64,000 nucleotides of DNA from the NCBI RefSeq assembly GCF_016432865.1, contig NC_067399.1, positions 158,534,001 to 158,598,000 of the forward strand, given 5' to 3'. The first letter of the stretch is position 1, and the number at the start of each line of letters is the position of its first letter. Position numbers and translations under genes: made by a program. Under the pieces are notes generated by a model, which was not told where the DNA came from, ran no database searches, and saw nothing but the letters and a program-made list of their open reading frames with translations. The stretch comes from Antechinus flavipes. Lineage: Eukaryota. Positions 25,038 through 37,265 of this stretch are shown in pieces.

Positions 25038-26037
25038 GATATTTTTTCATTCTGAACGATATACATCCTGAAGCTTACAGCCTGGAAGCCCACACTAAAG
25101 CAGAAAGAAAGATGAAAAAAAAAATTTTCCCCCTTACAAGTTTTTCTTCCAAATTCCAACTTTCTAATAATAATAATAGAAGAAGGCTTAGAAGATGAAG
25201 ATTTCATTGTAGTTTTCTTCGTATGTTTTTCCTCCATTTGTAAAGCCAGCAGGTGACTCTACTGTGTATAACTTGTTCTGCAGCAAAGACTATACTTCCG
25301 GTTCCCCCAACTCCTGCCGCTATCCCCCCTCCCCCCCAACCACCCCCCCCTCCCCCACTCTCCTTTAGGAAAGAAGAAATTGGGCTGTTGGAAGATACTT
25401 GCTCAGAAGTGAAAATTGATACCATCTTACTCTTCCCTCCCTATTCTGAGCAAAGCAAATGCTTAAGAGTTAGGAGAAAGTTCATCTGAAATAAAAGCCT
25501 GGATACAGATTCTCCTTCTATGTTTTCTTCCTAATCTTTCCTCCCCTTCAATCTCTCTTCCTTGCCTCAGCTCAGTTTAATAAATTCCAGTATGTCTCAG
25601 ATAGTCAGATCCACTTTAAATTACGGGGGTCTAGGTTAGCCCCTAAATCTTAGGATCATAGATTTTGGGTTAGAAGAGATTTTAAATATTATCCAAACCA
25701 ATCCCCTCTTTTTAAAGAAGAGAAAACTAAAATCAAAGGAGGTTACCTGAGTCCCACAATATTTGAACCCAGCTCCTCTGAATTTTACACTATTTTACAC
25801 TGCCTAGATATGGATTTAGGCAAAAGATGACCATCCAGTTAAATTCAATAGATAGTGACTAAGCATATATGTGCAAAACATTGTAGTTAGGGCCAAAGCA
25901 TAGGTGATCAGGCTAGCTGGAGATTCAACAAAGCCAAAAAGCCCACATCTCTCCCCCCAAACAAAACAAAGCAAAAACAAAAAACCAAAAGGGCAAAAAG
26001 TGTCCTCAAGAAGCTTAGATCCTCATGGCTTGAAGGA

Positions 26038-26662
26038 NNNNNNNNNNNNNNNNNNNNNNNNNNNNNNNNNNNNNNNNNNNNNNNNNNNNNNNNNNNNNNN
26101 NNNNNNNNNNNNNNNNNNNNNNNNNNNNNNNNNNNNNNNNNNNNNNNNNNNNNNNNNNNNNNNNNNNNNNNNNNNNNNNNNNNNNNNNNNNNNNNNNNNN
26201 NNNNNNNNNNNNNNNNNNNNNNNNNNNNNNNNNNNNNNNNNNNNNNNNNNNNNNNNNNNNNNNNNNNNGAAGGACAGANNNNNNNNNNNNNNNNNNNNNN
26301 NNNNNNNNNNNNNNNNNNNNNNNNNNNNNNNNNNNNNNNNNNNNNNNNNNNNNNNNNNNNNNNNNNNNNNNNNNNNNNNNNNNNNNNNNNNNNNNNNNNN
26401 NNNNNNNNNNNNNNNNNNNNNNNNNNNNNNNNNNNNNNNNNNNNNNNNNNNNNNNNNNNNNNNNNNNNNNNNNNNNNNNNNNNNNNNNNNNNNNNNNNNN
26501 NNNNNNNNNNNNNNNNNNNNNNNNNNNNNNNNNNNNNNNNNNNNNNNNNNNNNNNNNNNNNNNNNNNNNNNNNNNNNNNNNNNNNNNNNNNNNNNNNNNN
26601 NNNNNNNNNNNNNNNNNNNNNNNNNNNNNNNNNNNNNNNNNNNNNNNNNNNNNNNNNNNNNN
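26038..26662. other. Assembly gap (N) with a 10-bp island gaaggacaga at 26269-26278
   Basis: N runs; the other gaps are 30882-31021, 33967-34214, 53341-53472 and 60531-60663. Confidence 0.99.
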
Positions 26663-26959
26663 TTCATTTCACCTAACATGAGAGGGCCTCTGAGGTACTC
26701 ATCAAATTCCCTATGTCTCCCAGTTTAGCCAATTGTAACTAATTCCAGTGGTCCTATTTTTTTATGAGTAGTTGGGGATGCTTAGTCTAGATTAGGGATG
26801 TGTGTGTCTAAAACATCTTCTAGTCAAATCTCATCCCTGATAGCCTCCTTTGCAATATCCCACTGGCTTTTCCCTATTCATTCCTTACTTGTTTAATTCA
26901 TTTAAGGTCACATGCAAGGACATATAGTATAAAGCTTGAATCACCACCACTACCATCAT

Positions 26960-27195
26960 CATCACTAGCATTTGTATCACTTTCAGGTTTGCACTTTACA
27001 TATATTTGAAACTCATTTTTGCACTGTATGTAGGTCCCCAGTTTTCAGATGGGGAAACTAAGGCACTATGTGTTATTGTTGTTCAGTTGTGTCATACTCT
27101 ATGAGTCTATTTGGGATTTTCTTGGCAAAATTACTAGAATAGTTCATTATTATCTTCTCCAGCCATTTTACATATGAAGGAACTTAGACAAATAA
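26960..27195 (-). mobile_element. MIR and Mar1-like SINE fragments
   Basis: cccagttttcagatggggaaactaaggc; tttgggattttcttggcaaaa...ttctccagccattttacatatgaaggaact. Confidence 0.65.
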
Positions 27196-28439
27196 GATTG
27201 TCAAGATATCGGGGTGGGGGAGGGGACACCCTGTTTTCCAAGAGCTAAGGAAGCAAGCAAGCTGTACCCTGAGCTTGGCGTGACAATAATCCTTTGCACT
27301 CACCCTCTGGAAGATCTCATCCTCTGGCAAAACCGCATAATTATAGTATTGCTTTGACCAGCACCAGGTGTTCTCCAAGCTCTGACAAGCACCGGTCCAG
27401 ACAAGTGCTCGTGTTCTGGTCACGAAGCCCTGCTATGAATCAAACTTGTCATGTTGTTGCTGTTATCCCTCATTATCAAGGTTATAATTCACTCCCCAGC
27501 CAGTAGTTTAAATATTGAGATTTGGCCAGAGTAGAATGGATCTCCCCACACGGCCCCTGGAATGTGTGTTTAATTTGCTTGCAAGTTTTCCCCCTCACTT
27601 CTGTTTGATCCCTGACTCAGTTCCCACTGCCCCCTCACAGATTAGAGGCTGGTCGATAGGGTTAAGTGACTTGCCCAGGACCATACAGCTAGTAAGTGTC
27701 TGAGGTTGGATTTAAACTCAGAAAAATGAGTCTTCCTAACTCTAGGTCCAGCTTTCTATCTATTGGGCAAGACACTGAAGAGCAAATGCCAGAAGGATAA
27801 TTCATCTCCTCCTGTCTTTAAGTCTAGGATTCTATCCACTATATCACTTAGATAATCATGAACTCCAGTGTTGTTTGCTCAATCTTTTCTCATGAAATCT
27901 CATTTTCAATTCCTTGTCCAGGATTTTTCTTGGGCCTTGCTTAATGCTTCCCTTGCAAACTTTCTCCATTGCATATATAAATAAGTATACAGAGAGAAAG
28001 GGTTGGGGGAGAAGAGGACACATTAATAACTGGGGGATCAAATTCATTTCTTCATTAAGTATTTTCAGATAAATATTCATACAATAAATATTTTAACTAT
28101 CATTTGGAGAATTATTATTCCCATAGAAATGGACTTGAGGGAACTGGATAAAGCAAAAAACACTGAGATATTTGAAATTATTAATCTTGAAAATTCTGTT
28201 TGCCTTACTTCATATTTTGCCTGTATGACCTCTGAACTGTTTCCCTGGTGATAGGAATGGCCAAGCAGATCAGAAGTTGAGAGCCTCCCATGATACTTCT
28301 AACAGCTGGTTACCAACTTGGCCAAGAAAGTGTCATTTCTAAAGAAATAGTTTTCCCTTTAAAGCATGCAAGGGAATTTTAGACAAATTCCAGAGAACTG
28401 ATAATCTCAACAATATTTTTTTTCCCTTTCTATAAGATA

Positions 28440-29027
28440 GGAAAATAGGAGCAAATGTATTCATGTTAGGACTCAGAATAAGGAGAATGGTGAGCATAGT
28501 GAGAATTGTATTCTAATTATTGTTCTTCAAGAAATGATCAGCAGGATAATTTCAGAAAGGCCTGGGGAGACTTACATGAACTGTTACTAAGTGAAGTGAG
28601 TAGAGAACATTGTATACAGCAATGACGATTATACAATGATCAATTCTGATGGACATGGTTCTTTTCAGTAACAAGGTGATTCAGGCCAGCTCTAGTGGGC
28701 TTGTGATGGAAAGAGCCATCTGCACCCAAAGAGAAGACCATGGGGACTGATTGAGGATCACAACATAGTTTCACTTTTTTTGTTCTTGTTGTTTGCTTGC
28801 ATTTTGTTTTCTTTCTCATTTTTTCCTCTTTTTTGATTTGATTTTTCTTGTGCAGCATGATGATTGTAGAAATATGTACAAAAGAACTGCATATATTTAA
28901 CACATTGAATTACTTGCCTTCTAGGGGAAAGGGTAGGGGAGAAGGGAAGGGAAAAAAATGAAACTTAAGGTTTTGCAAGGGTGAAAGTTGAAAACTATAT
29001 ATGCATATGTTTTGAAAATAAAAAGTT
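28440..29027 (+). mobile_element. Older L1 3' end (ORF2 C-terminus remnant plus 3' UTR)
   Basis: aagaaatgatcagcaggataatttcagaaaggcctggggagacttacatgaactg parallels the younger copy at 30440-30510; AATAAA at 29017. Confidence 0.85.
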
Positions 29028-29340
29028 TGGAGGATTCTAGGAAGATAGTGGAGAAGGTTGCTAAATTCACAAATAGAACAAATTTGTGCCTCAGGGTGAA
29101 CATAAAAGACTTGGGATAAAATGGAAGTTCTCCTGATACAACCTGAGAAGATCTGAAGAAAGACCAGAAAAGATTGAAATAAAGAGCAAACACCTCCGGG
29201 CTAGCTCCAGAGAAACAGCAAGTGGGGAGCCCCAGGGTGACCTGGGTGTGGCTAGAGCCTCCGCAGGAATCACTGAAACTTTTACCTCCCAGACTGTTGG
29301 GTTTGGATCTGAGTGAATCTCCTTTGATTAAGAATTCCAG

Positions 29341-30570
29341 GCCCTAGCTGTACCTGATCTAAAATTATATTATAAAGCAGCAGTCACCAAAACCATTTGG
29401 TATTGGCTAAGAAATAGATTAGTGGATCAGTGGAAAAGGCTAGGCTCACAAGACAGAATAGTCAATTATAGCAATCTAGTGTTTGACAAACCCAAAGCCC
29501 CTAACTTCTGGGAAAAGAATTCATTATTTGATAAAAACTGCTGGGATAATTGGAAATTAGTATGGCAGAAATTAGGCATGGACCCACACTTAACACCATA
29601 TACCAAGATAAGATCAAAATGGGTCTATGACCTAGGCATAAAGAACAAGACTATAAATAAATTAGAGGAACATAGAATAGTTTATCTCTCAGACTTGTGG
29701 AGGAGAAAGAAATTTGTGACCAAAGATGAACTAGAGACCATTACTGATCACAGAATAGAAAATTTCGATTACATCAAATTAAAAAGCTTTTGTACAAATA
29801 AAACTAATGCAAACAAGATTAGAAGGGAAGCAACAAACTGGGAAAACATTTTCACAGTTAAAGGTTCTGACAAAGGCCTCATTTCCAAAATATATAGAGA
29901 ACTGACTCAAATTTATAAGAAATCAAGCCATTCTCCAATTGATAAATGGTCAAAGGATATGAACAGACAATTTTCAGAAGATGAGATTGAAACTATTACC
30001 ACTCATATGAAAGAGTGTTCCAAATCATTATTGATCAGAGAAATGCAAATTAAGACAACTCTGAGATACCACTACACACCTGTCAGATTGGCTAAGATGA
30101 CAGGAAAAAATAATGATGAATGTTGGAGGGGATGCGGGAAAACTGGGACACTAATGCATTGTTGGTGGAGTTGTGAACGAATCCAACCATTCTGGAGAGC
30201 AATCTGGAATTATGCCCAAAAAATTATCAAATTGTGCATACCCTTTGATCCAGCAGTGTTTCTATTGGGCTTATATCCCAAAGAAATACTAAAGAAGGGA
30301 AAGGGACCTGTATGTGCCAAAATGTTTGTAGCAGCCCTGTTTGTAGTGGCTAGAAACTGGAAAATGAATGGATGCCCATCAATTGGAGAATGGCTGGGTA
30401 AATTGTGGTATATGAATGTTATGGAATATTATTGTTCTGTAAGAAATGACCAGCAGGATGAATACAGAGAGGACTGGCGAGACTTACATGAACTGATGCT
30501 AAGTGAAATGAGCAGAACCAGGAGATCATTATACACTTCGACAACGATATTGTATGAGGACATATTTTGA
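29341..30570 (+). CDS. L1 ORF2p C-terminal fragment (post-RT region and cysteine-rich domain); no genuine start codon
   Basis: LAVPDLKLYYKAAVTKTIWYW, MDPHLTPYTKIRSKW, FDYIKLKSFC, REMQIKTTLRYHYTPVR, CWRGCGKTGTLMHCWW are hallmark L1 ORF2 motifs. Confidence 0.93.
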   Translation, partial: ALAVPDLKLYYKAAVTKTIWYWLRNRLVDQWKRLGSQDRIVNYSNLVFDKPKAPNFWEKNSLFDKNCWDNWKLVWQKLGMDPHLTPYTKIRSKWVYDLGIKNKTINKLEEHRIVYLSDLWRRKKFVTKDELETITDHRIENFDYIKLKSFCTNKTNANKIRREATNWENIFTVKGSDKGLISKIYRELTQIYKKSSHSPIDKWSKDMNRQFSEDEIETITTHMKECSKSLLIREMQIKTTLRYHYTPVRLAKMTGKNNDECWRGCGKTGTLMHCWWSCERIQPFWRAIWNYAQKIIKLCIPFDPAVFLLGLYPKEILKKGKGPVCAKMFVAALFVVARNWKMNGCPSIGEWLGKLWYMNVMEYYCSVRNDQQDEYREDWRDLHELMLSEMSRTRRSLYTSTTILYEDIF

Positions 30571-30881
30571 TGGAAGTGGATTTCTTTGACAAAGAGACCT
30601 GAGTTTCAATTGATAAATGACGGACAAAAGCAGCTACACCCAAAGAAAGAACACTGGGAAACGAATGTAAACTATCTGCATTTTTGTTTTTCTTCCCAGA
30701 TTATTTATACCTTCTGAATCCAATTCTCCCTACGCAACAAGAGAACTGTTCGGTTCTGCAAACATATATTGTATCTAGGATATACTGCAACATATCCAAC
30801 ATATAAAGGACTGCTTGCCATCTAGGGGAGGGGGTGGAGGGAGGGAGGGGGAAAAAAATCGGAACAGAAACGAGTGTCAAT
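29341..30881 (+). mobile_element. Young 5'-truncated L1 (ORF2 C-terminal part plus 3' UTR running into a gap)
   Basis: Uninterrupted frame, retained CpGs, G-rich 3' tract 30826-30851. Confidence 0.95.
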
Positions 30882-32059
30882 NNNNNNNNNNNNNNNNNNN
30901 NNNNNNNNNNNNNNNNNNNNNNNNNNNNNNNNNNNNNNNNNNNNNNNNNNNNNNNNNNNNNNNNNNNNNNNNNNNNNNNNNNNNNNNNNNNNNNNNNNNN
31001 NNNNNNNNNNNNNNNNNNNNNTGGACATGGCCCTGGGAGAGAAGGAACCATTGAGTGTAGAGGCACAGGGCAATGATGCTGCTGGCTATGGCTCCTTGAT
31101 GGAGGGTGAAGCTTTTGTTTTGGGGTTCCTGGTAAGAGAAGAGAACTGAATTAAAACCAGAGATATCATCACCACCTCCCCCCAAGATTAGAGATGCTTA
31201 TACTTATACCTCTTATTTTAAAAAAAAATGAGCTGCAAAGAAAGAATCCCACCATAGAAACATACTATGGGGTTAGGGAAGACCAAGGTTCATCTTCAGA
31301 GGATAAAAAAAGCTTCCACCCCAAAGAGTAACATGAAATGGCTCCCTGCCCAGAGAGAATTTATTGAAGAACTCAAAAAAGAATTTAGGAGTCAAATGAG
31401 AGACATTGAGGAAAAACTAAAAAAATAAAAATAAAAACAAGAAGATTATGAAAACCAACTAGAAAAGGAGTCTCAAAGATGAAAATAACTCTTTGAAAAT
31501 TATAATTGGGCAAGAGGAAGCCAATGAAGCTATGAGAGACCAAGAAATGGATTATAAAGAATGAAAAATAGAACAGAATATGAAACATCTGAGAAAACAT
31601 AAGAATAATTGGACTGCATGAAAGAGGTGACCAAAAAAAGGTCCTTGATGCAACAATGCAAGAAATAATTCTGGAAAATTGCTTTGGAGTGATAGAACAT
31701 GAGGGAAAAATGGTAGAAAAAATCCATTGATCACAACTTCAAAGGGAGCCTTTATGGAAAACACATAGGAACATTATTGCCAAATTTCAAAACCCCCAGG
31801 TCAAAGACTACATTTTGTAAGAAACAAGGAAAAAAAATTCAAATACTCTGGAGCTACAATTACAATTGTACAGGACTTATCAGCCACAATAAAAGACTGC
31901 AGTCCCAGAATCCTAGAATCCTATCTACTAATAATCAAAAGAATTAGGCCTATGGCCAAATATATCATATCTAGCAAAATTATTTATGATACTGAATGAA
32001 AAAAAAAAGGATATTCAAAGAACTTTCAGGACTTTCTATCAACCACCTTGTGGGAAGAA

Positions 32060-33050
32060 AGAAGGTCCTCTTTTTTATTTGATTATTTCTTCTCAGTCTT
32101 ATTTGGTCCTTCACCTTTTAGTTCAGTCCCCATAATCCTGGCTGTTCCCTAAGGCTCTGTCTTTCCTCTTTTGTATCTCTCTCTTTCTGCTCTTATCAGC
32201 TCCTATCATAGATCTCCTAAATGCAGATTCATATCCTTCAGTCACCCAGCCCCTCTACTTCCTGGTCAACGTAGCTCTCTTCAGAGCTCCAGTTCTGCAT
32301 TACCAAAGTGGAGTGCACTGTGGGAAAAGCACTGACTTTGAAGGCAGAGGACTTCAAATTCTGTATCTAATATGGACTATCCATGTCATCCTGGGCACGT
32401 CATTTAATTTCTCTGGGCCTCAAGTTTCCACATTTTTTTAATGAGGGAGTTGGACTAGATGACCTCTAAGGTCCCTTCTGATTCCTGTAACTGGGTGCCA
32501 CATATGTACAGCAAACCTAGCATTTCCAAAGCCAAACTCATTAACCCCTATCCTAAACCTACCACTCTTCCAAACTTCCACATTTTGTTGAGGTCACCAC
32601 CGAGCAATACTTATATATTCTCCTCACATTCTAGATCCCAAGTCTTAATTCCTCTTCCATAGAAACTCCTCCCCCCCATCTTCTTTCCCTTCTTTTGCAC
32701 TCACATAGCTATTACCCTTAGGTTGTGTCCTGATCATCTCCTGTCTAGACTAGGACAGTGGCTTGTCAATTGCTCTCTCAAAGTCTAGTAGTCTCTTTTC
32801 CCTTCAATTCATCCTTGATAGCTGCCAAATTTATATTCTTAAAGTACCTGTCTGACCATATCTCTTTCCTTCTTAAAAACTCTCAGGAATCTCTAATACC
32901 TCCTAGTTAAAATGCAAACTCCTCCACTGGGTGCTTAAAGTACTTCACAATCAAGCTCCAGCTTCTTTCCATACTAATTTCACAGAACTCACATACTAGT
33001 TCCAACCAAACTCTCCTGGCTTCAATTTCTATTTCTGCTTTCTCCATTAT
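32060..33050 (+). mobile_element. L2 fragment with a MIR3 inserted at about 32305-32490
   Basis: L2 motifs gttccctaaggctctgtc and ccaaagccaaactcatta; MIR3 ggagttggactagatgacctctaaggtccct. Confidence 0.7.
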
Positions 33051-33613
33051 CATCATTTTGTCCCCTTTTTCTTCAGGGATCCACTGGGAGAAATATTGTT
33101 TTATGAAGAAAATAAATATGAACTAGCTTTGTTAACTGTAGAATGACCTACAAGTGCCTCATTTCATTCTAGTATTGAACTTTGCCCACAGCCATAAAGT
33201 TAGTTAAGTAAGAAATTGAACCATTTTTCTTGAAAACTTTTTCTACTATGACATGTTGCAAGATCAGAGATCTATTTGTACTATACTGTTGGCAATAACT
33301 ATTTTAAAATTCAATTTCTCAAGATGGTGGAATGAGAAGTTAGCAACTTTGCCTCAGCTTCCCCAAAACATCTTTTATAATGACCTTGAAAATTTGCCAA
33401 ACAATTCTAAATAAGAAATCCAAGAAAGAATCACAGTAAATATATATATTTTTTCAGCCTGGAGCAGCTTAGGAAGATAGAAAGGGATGGTAGCTGACCT
33501 CCACAATGTAGTAGCAGGAGCATCACCAGGCTCTGGTGATGGTGAGCAGCCAGCAACCAAGAATGATAAGGAAACTGGGGATCTGGAAAGGGATCCCAAG
33601 GAATCCCTATAGG

Positions 33614-33759
33614 TTTTTTTTTCCCCCTTGAGGCAAAAGTTAAGTGATTTGCCCAGGGTCCCACAGCTAGAAGTGTTAAGTGTCTGAGATCAAATTTGAA
33701 CTCAGATCCTCCTTGACTTCAGGGCTGGTGCTCTATCCACTGCGCCACCTAGCTGTCCC
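33614..33759 (-). mobile_element. WSINE1-like SINE, full length
   Basis: Reverse complement starts gggacagctaggtggcgcagtggatagagcaccagccctgaagtcaagg; poly-T tail on +. Confidence 0.9.
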
Positions 33760-35019
33760 GGGACCCCTGTATTAGTACTGGAAGCAGGAATTCTAAAAGC
33801 TTGTCATTTATTGCCCAGTTCCAGGTCACCGCTCCAAGGCAGAGAGAAATGGTCTCCATGTCTAGGGATCAGGGCCCTACTTGTGTAAGGATGAGACTAC
33901 AGACTAATAGAGCAGTAAACAGACTTCTTCATGGATTGTGCCATATTGGAAACACCAAACCCGTCCNNNNNNNNNNNNNNNNNNNNNNNNNNNNNNNNNN
34001 NNNNNNNNNNNNNNNNNNNNNNNNNNNNNNNNNNNNNNNNNNNNNNNNNNNNNNNNNNNNNNNNNNNNNNNNNNNNNNNNNNNNNNNNNNNNNNNNNNNN
34101 NNNNNNNNNNNNNNNNNNNNNNNNNNNNNNNNNNNNNNNNNNNNNNNNNNNNNNNNNNNNNNNNNNNNNNNNNNNNNNNNNNNNNNNNNNNNNNNNNNNN
34201 NNNNNNNNNNNNNNCCTAGCACAGGGTCAGCACATAGTAAATGATAAATATTGAACTGAGTTGAAACTGTTTCAATTTGCCACTCTTAACCTCTATTTCT
34301 TTTTAATCATAAAATTTATTTATATTATAAACATATAATAAGTGCCCATTCTGTGTGAAATGAAAGTCAGGTGGAATAGTGGAAGGACAACCAGCCTTAA
34401 AATTTGTAAGATCTGAGGTTAAACCTCCAACTAATACTTTCAACATGACTGTTCAAATTGCTTAAGCTTTTGATATCCCAGAAAATTCCCTAAAATTATA
34501 AGTTGTAGGACTATTACTAATTTACATTGGTGGAAGTTAGCTCATCAGAAGTTCCTTATGCCAATGTAATAAAAGAAAGGACCAAAAAATTTGTGAAGCA
34601 GAGTGCTAGGTAGTAGGGGCATTATAAAGAAAGTTAAGAAATTCCTTGTTCTTATGAAGTTTGAAATCTAGCATGAAAACTATGATTTAAGGCTTCAGCA
34701 TTGGTCTGCTAAGCAAATCACTTAAATATTTTTCTGTTTTTTTGCAGCAATGTAGTGATAAAATATCTTCCTATAACCAGAGATATAGAAGGAGATAGTT
34801 TGCCATCTGTGTGATAGACTTATTTTAATTCCTTGTTATTTATTTTGAATTTGGTTTCAGGCAAATATATGCTTCCCTTAACATAATCTCATATGTTTAA
34901 TTCTAATCAGGAGTTGAAGAAAGCCAGTATTAAAAAGAAGTTTGTTGGTAGTGGTTTTTGAATAGATGATAGACCCAAATAGATTTTAGGAACATAAATG
35001 TCTCAATGCGGCAACATAT

Positions 35020-36165
35020 TACTCCCCAGTCCCAAATCTCTACTCTGATTGCCATATCCAATAACAATCCTTTTCTCAATCCTGTGGCTTTTGACACTGT
35101 CAATCACCCTCTTCTCCTTTATATTCTCTTCTCTCTGGTTTTCATGGTATTGCTTTTACCTGCTTCTCCTCCCATTTGTCAGATCACTCCTTTTTAAGTT
35201 TAGTGAATCTTGATCCTGGTCACACTTAGTAATCATGAATTTTCCCCAACACTTTGTCCTGGACCCAATTCTCTTTTTCTTTTATTCTATGTAGCTAGGT
35301 GTTCTTAGCGTTTGTGGATTCAATTATCATTCATTCCTATGCTAATAATTCTCAGATCTATTTGGTGAGAGTTATCCTCTCTCCTCATCTCCAGGCCTGT
35401 ATCTACAAATTATTTATTATATCCAAAACTGAACAAATCTTCCCCTTTTTCTAACTTCCTTATTATTGTCATCATTATTATTTTCTTCTTTTGTAACATC
35501 CCATCCCCACTTCTCAATATTGCTACTACCCTAGTGCAGACCTTCATCACCTTCTGCATGTATTATTGTGATAGCTTTCTAGTTAGTCTCTCTGCCTCAG
35601 GTCTAGTCCACCCTAGTAATTCTATCCCACTGTTCATTCAGTGTTAAATTGATCTTCCTTAAGCCTAGGTCAGACCATGTCATCTCCCGTATTTATTAAA
35701 TTAGGTTCCAGTGGTTACCTGATACCTCCAGGATCAAATGTAAAATTCTTTGCTTGGGTTTTCAAGTCTTTCATAATCTGATCCCTTTCTATCTTTCCAG
35801 TCTTCTTACCCCTCAATATCCTGATTCTGTGCATTTTCACTGGCTTTCTTCCATGTCTAGAACACTTTCTCTCCTTATCTACTTCCTGGCTTCCCTTAAT
35901 TTCTTCATGTATTAATTAAAGTCCTACCTTGCCCAAGAAGCCTTTCCCAGTCCTCCTTAATCTTAGTGTTTGCTCTCAGAGAATATCTCCAGTTTATCCC
36001 ACATCTTTCTAATTTATATATCGCTGATTGAATGTTATCTCCTTCCATTACATGGTGATTTCCTTAAGATAAGAAACTAGATTGTTTTGGTTTTTGCCTT
36101 TCTTTGTGTTCTCAGTGCTTAGCACAGTCTGGTGCATAATAGTTAATAAAAGCTTGTGGACTGAC
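35020..36165 (+). mobile_element. L2 LINE 3' fragment (about 1.1 kb)
   Basis: AFDTVNHPLLL RT motif; ends agtgcttagcacagtctggtgc...ctgactgac. Confidence 0.8.
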
Positions 36166-36416
36166 TGACCCTCAAGCAAAAATCTTGCCTTTTTAGGGCA
36201 TTAATTAGGGGAGTTATCTGATCAATTCCATGAGCTTACAGGATGATGATGCTTTGCTTGGGAAATTGATATCTATATGCTATGGAGGATCCAGATTGCC
36301 CATTAGTGCATATAGATCCTTGGATATTTCACTGAGGATGTGATTTAGTTTTTACAGAGACATCATTGGTGGTTCAGACTTTATAGGTCAAGGACATCTT
36401 AATAAACAAGTCTACT

Positions 36417-37265
36417 TGTAACAAAAGGACATTTGCAAAGTCGGGTCCTCTTTGCCCATTTCAGACCAGATAGCAGCAGAAGTAAAAGCAGACCAGAACC
36501 TTGGAGGGATCTCCCCCTTCCACCGTCTATCCCAGGAGTCTCTTATGGTTGCTTTGAGGCAAAGAGCCATGTGGTCTCAACTACTTTTCCCAAGTAGAGA
36601 GTTTCTAGAACCTAAATTCCAGCATCCAATTTTCCACCGAAAGAAATGGGTGATTCTAGATTATACCAGCATTGGATCTGAACCCTTAGCATTGAGAAAG
36701 ATATCGTAGAACATCCCCAAGGCAGCCTCTATTGGAGAGAAGAAGGATCTACTTCGCTGGAGGATCTACAAGAGGCTGAAGTCATGACTTTGGGAGCAAA
36801 AAATATTGATTTTTGCCTTCTTTTCCACCTGAGAATTATTCTGATAGGAAGAAGGTTGCTTTCCTAACAACCTCAAGTCCCTTTTTCTTCTCAGGGAAGT
36901 CTCACTTATTGGGGACTTAGTATTTGAATGCATTTATGTGTCTGAAGTGAAACTGAAATGGACAAGGCAAGGAAGTTAAGGAGTTGTCCTTTAACAACCT
37001 CAATTATGTTTATCTTCCAAAGGGACTTTAAACCACAGAGTCATGCTGTGAGATAGAGCTCTGGGGGAAGTTTGAATTTCTTATTGAGGGAAGTTAATTA
37101 CATCGATTGTTTTATGAGCTTTTTATGTTTTCTCTATTTATGTGTGTGTGTGTATGTATTAAATAAAGACTGTCCTATGTCTGATATGTAATATTACTTT
37201 GAGTGCCTGTACAGGATCTGAGCACCTCTTTATCCCTCTTTATAGAGACCAGGATATAAATGACA
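36417..37265 (+). mobile_element. Possible old LTR
   Basis: tgtaaca start, tgaca end, aataaagactg followed by a U5-like segment; no target-site duplication found. Confidence 0.35.

Larger units (their letters stand above)
29029..32040 (+). mobile_element. Older L1 5' portion (5' UTR plus degraded ORF1 from ATG 31228), split by a younger L1
   Basis: Starts ggaggattctaggaagatagtggag (L1 5' end-like); fragments EFIEELKKEFRSQMRDIEEK, ENNSLKIIIGQEEANEAMRDQE and IIAKFQNPQVK are ORF1-like, with stops and frameshifts. Confidence 0.75.

Noticed and set aside
25904-26728. Long ORFs containing X runs (also around 30700-31185, 33801-34254, 53254-53529 and 60463-60767)
   Set aside because: Artefacts of N gaps being read as stop-free; the 10-bp island in the first gap probably reflects a poorly resolved GAAG-type repeat
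33077-33200. Plus-strand exon after a strong pyrimidine tract (DPLGEILFYEENKY)
   Set aside because: The tract sits at the end of a pyrimidine-rich L2 fragment, and the frame following the exon-1 ATG stops after 10 codons
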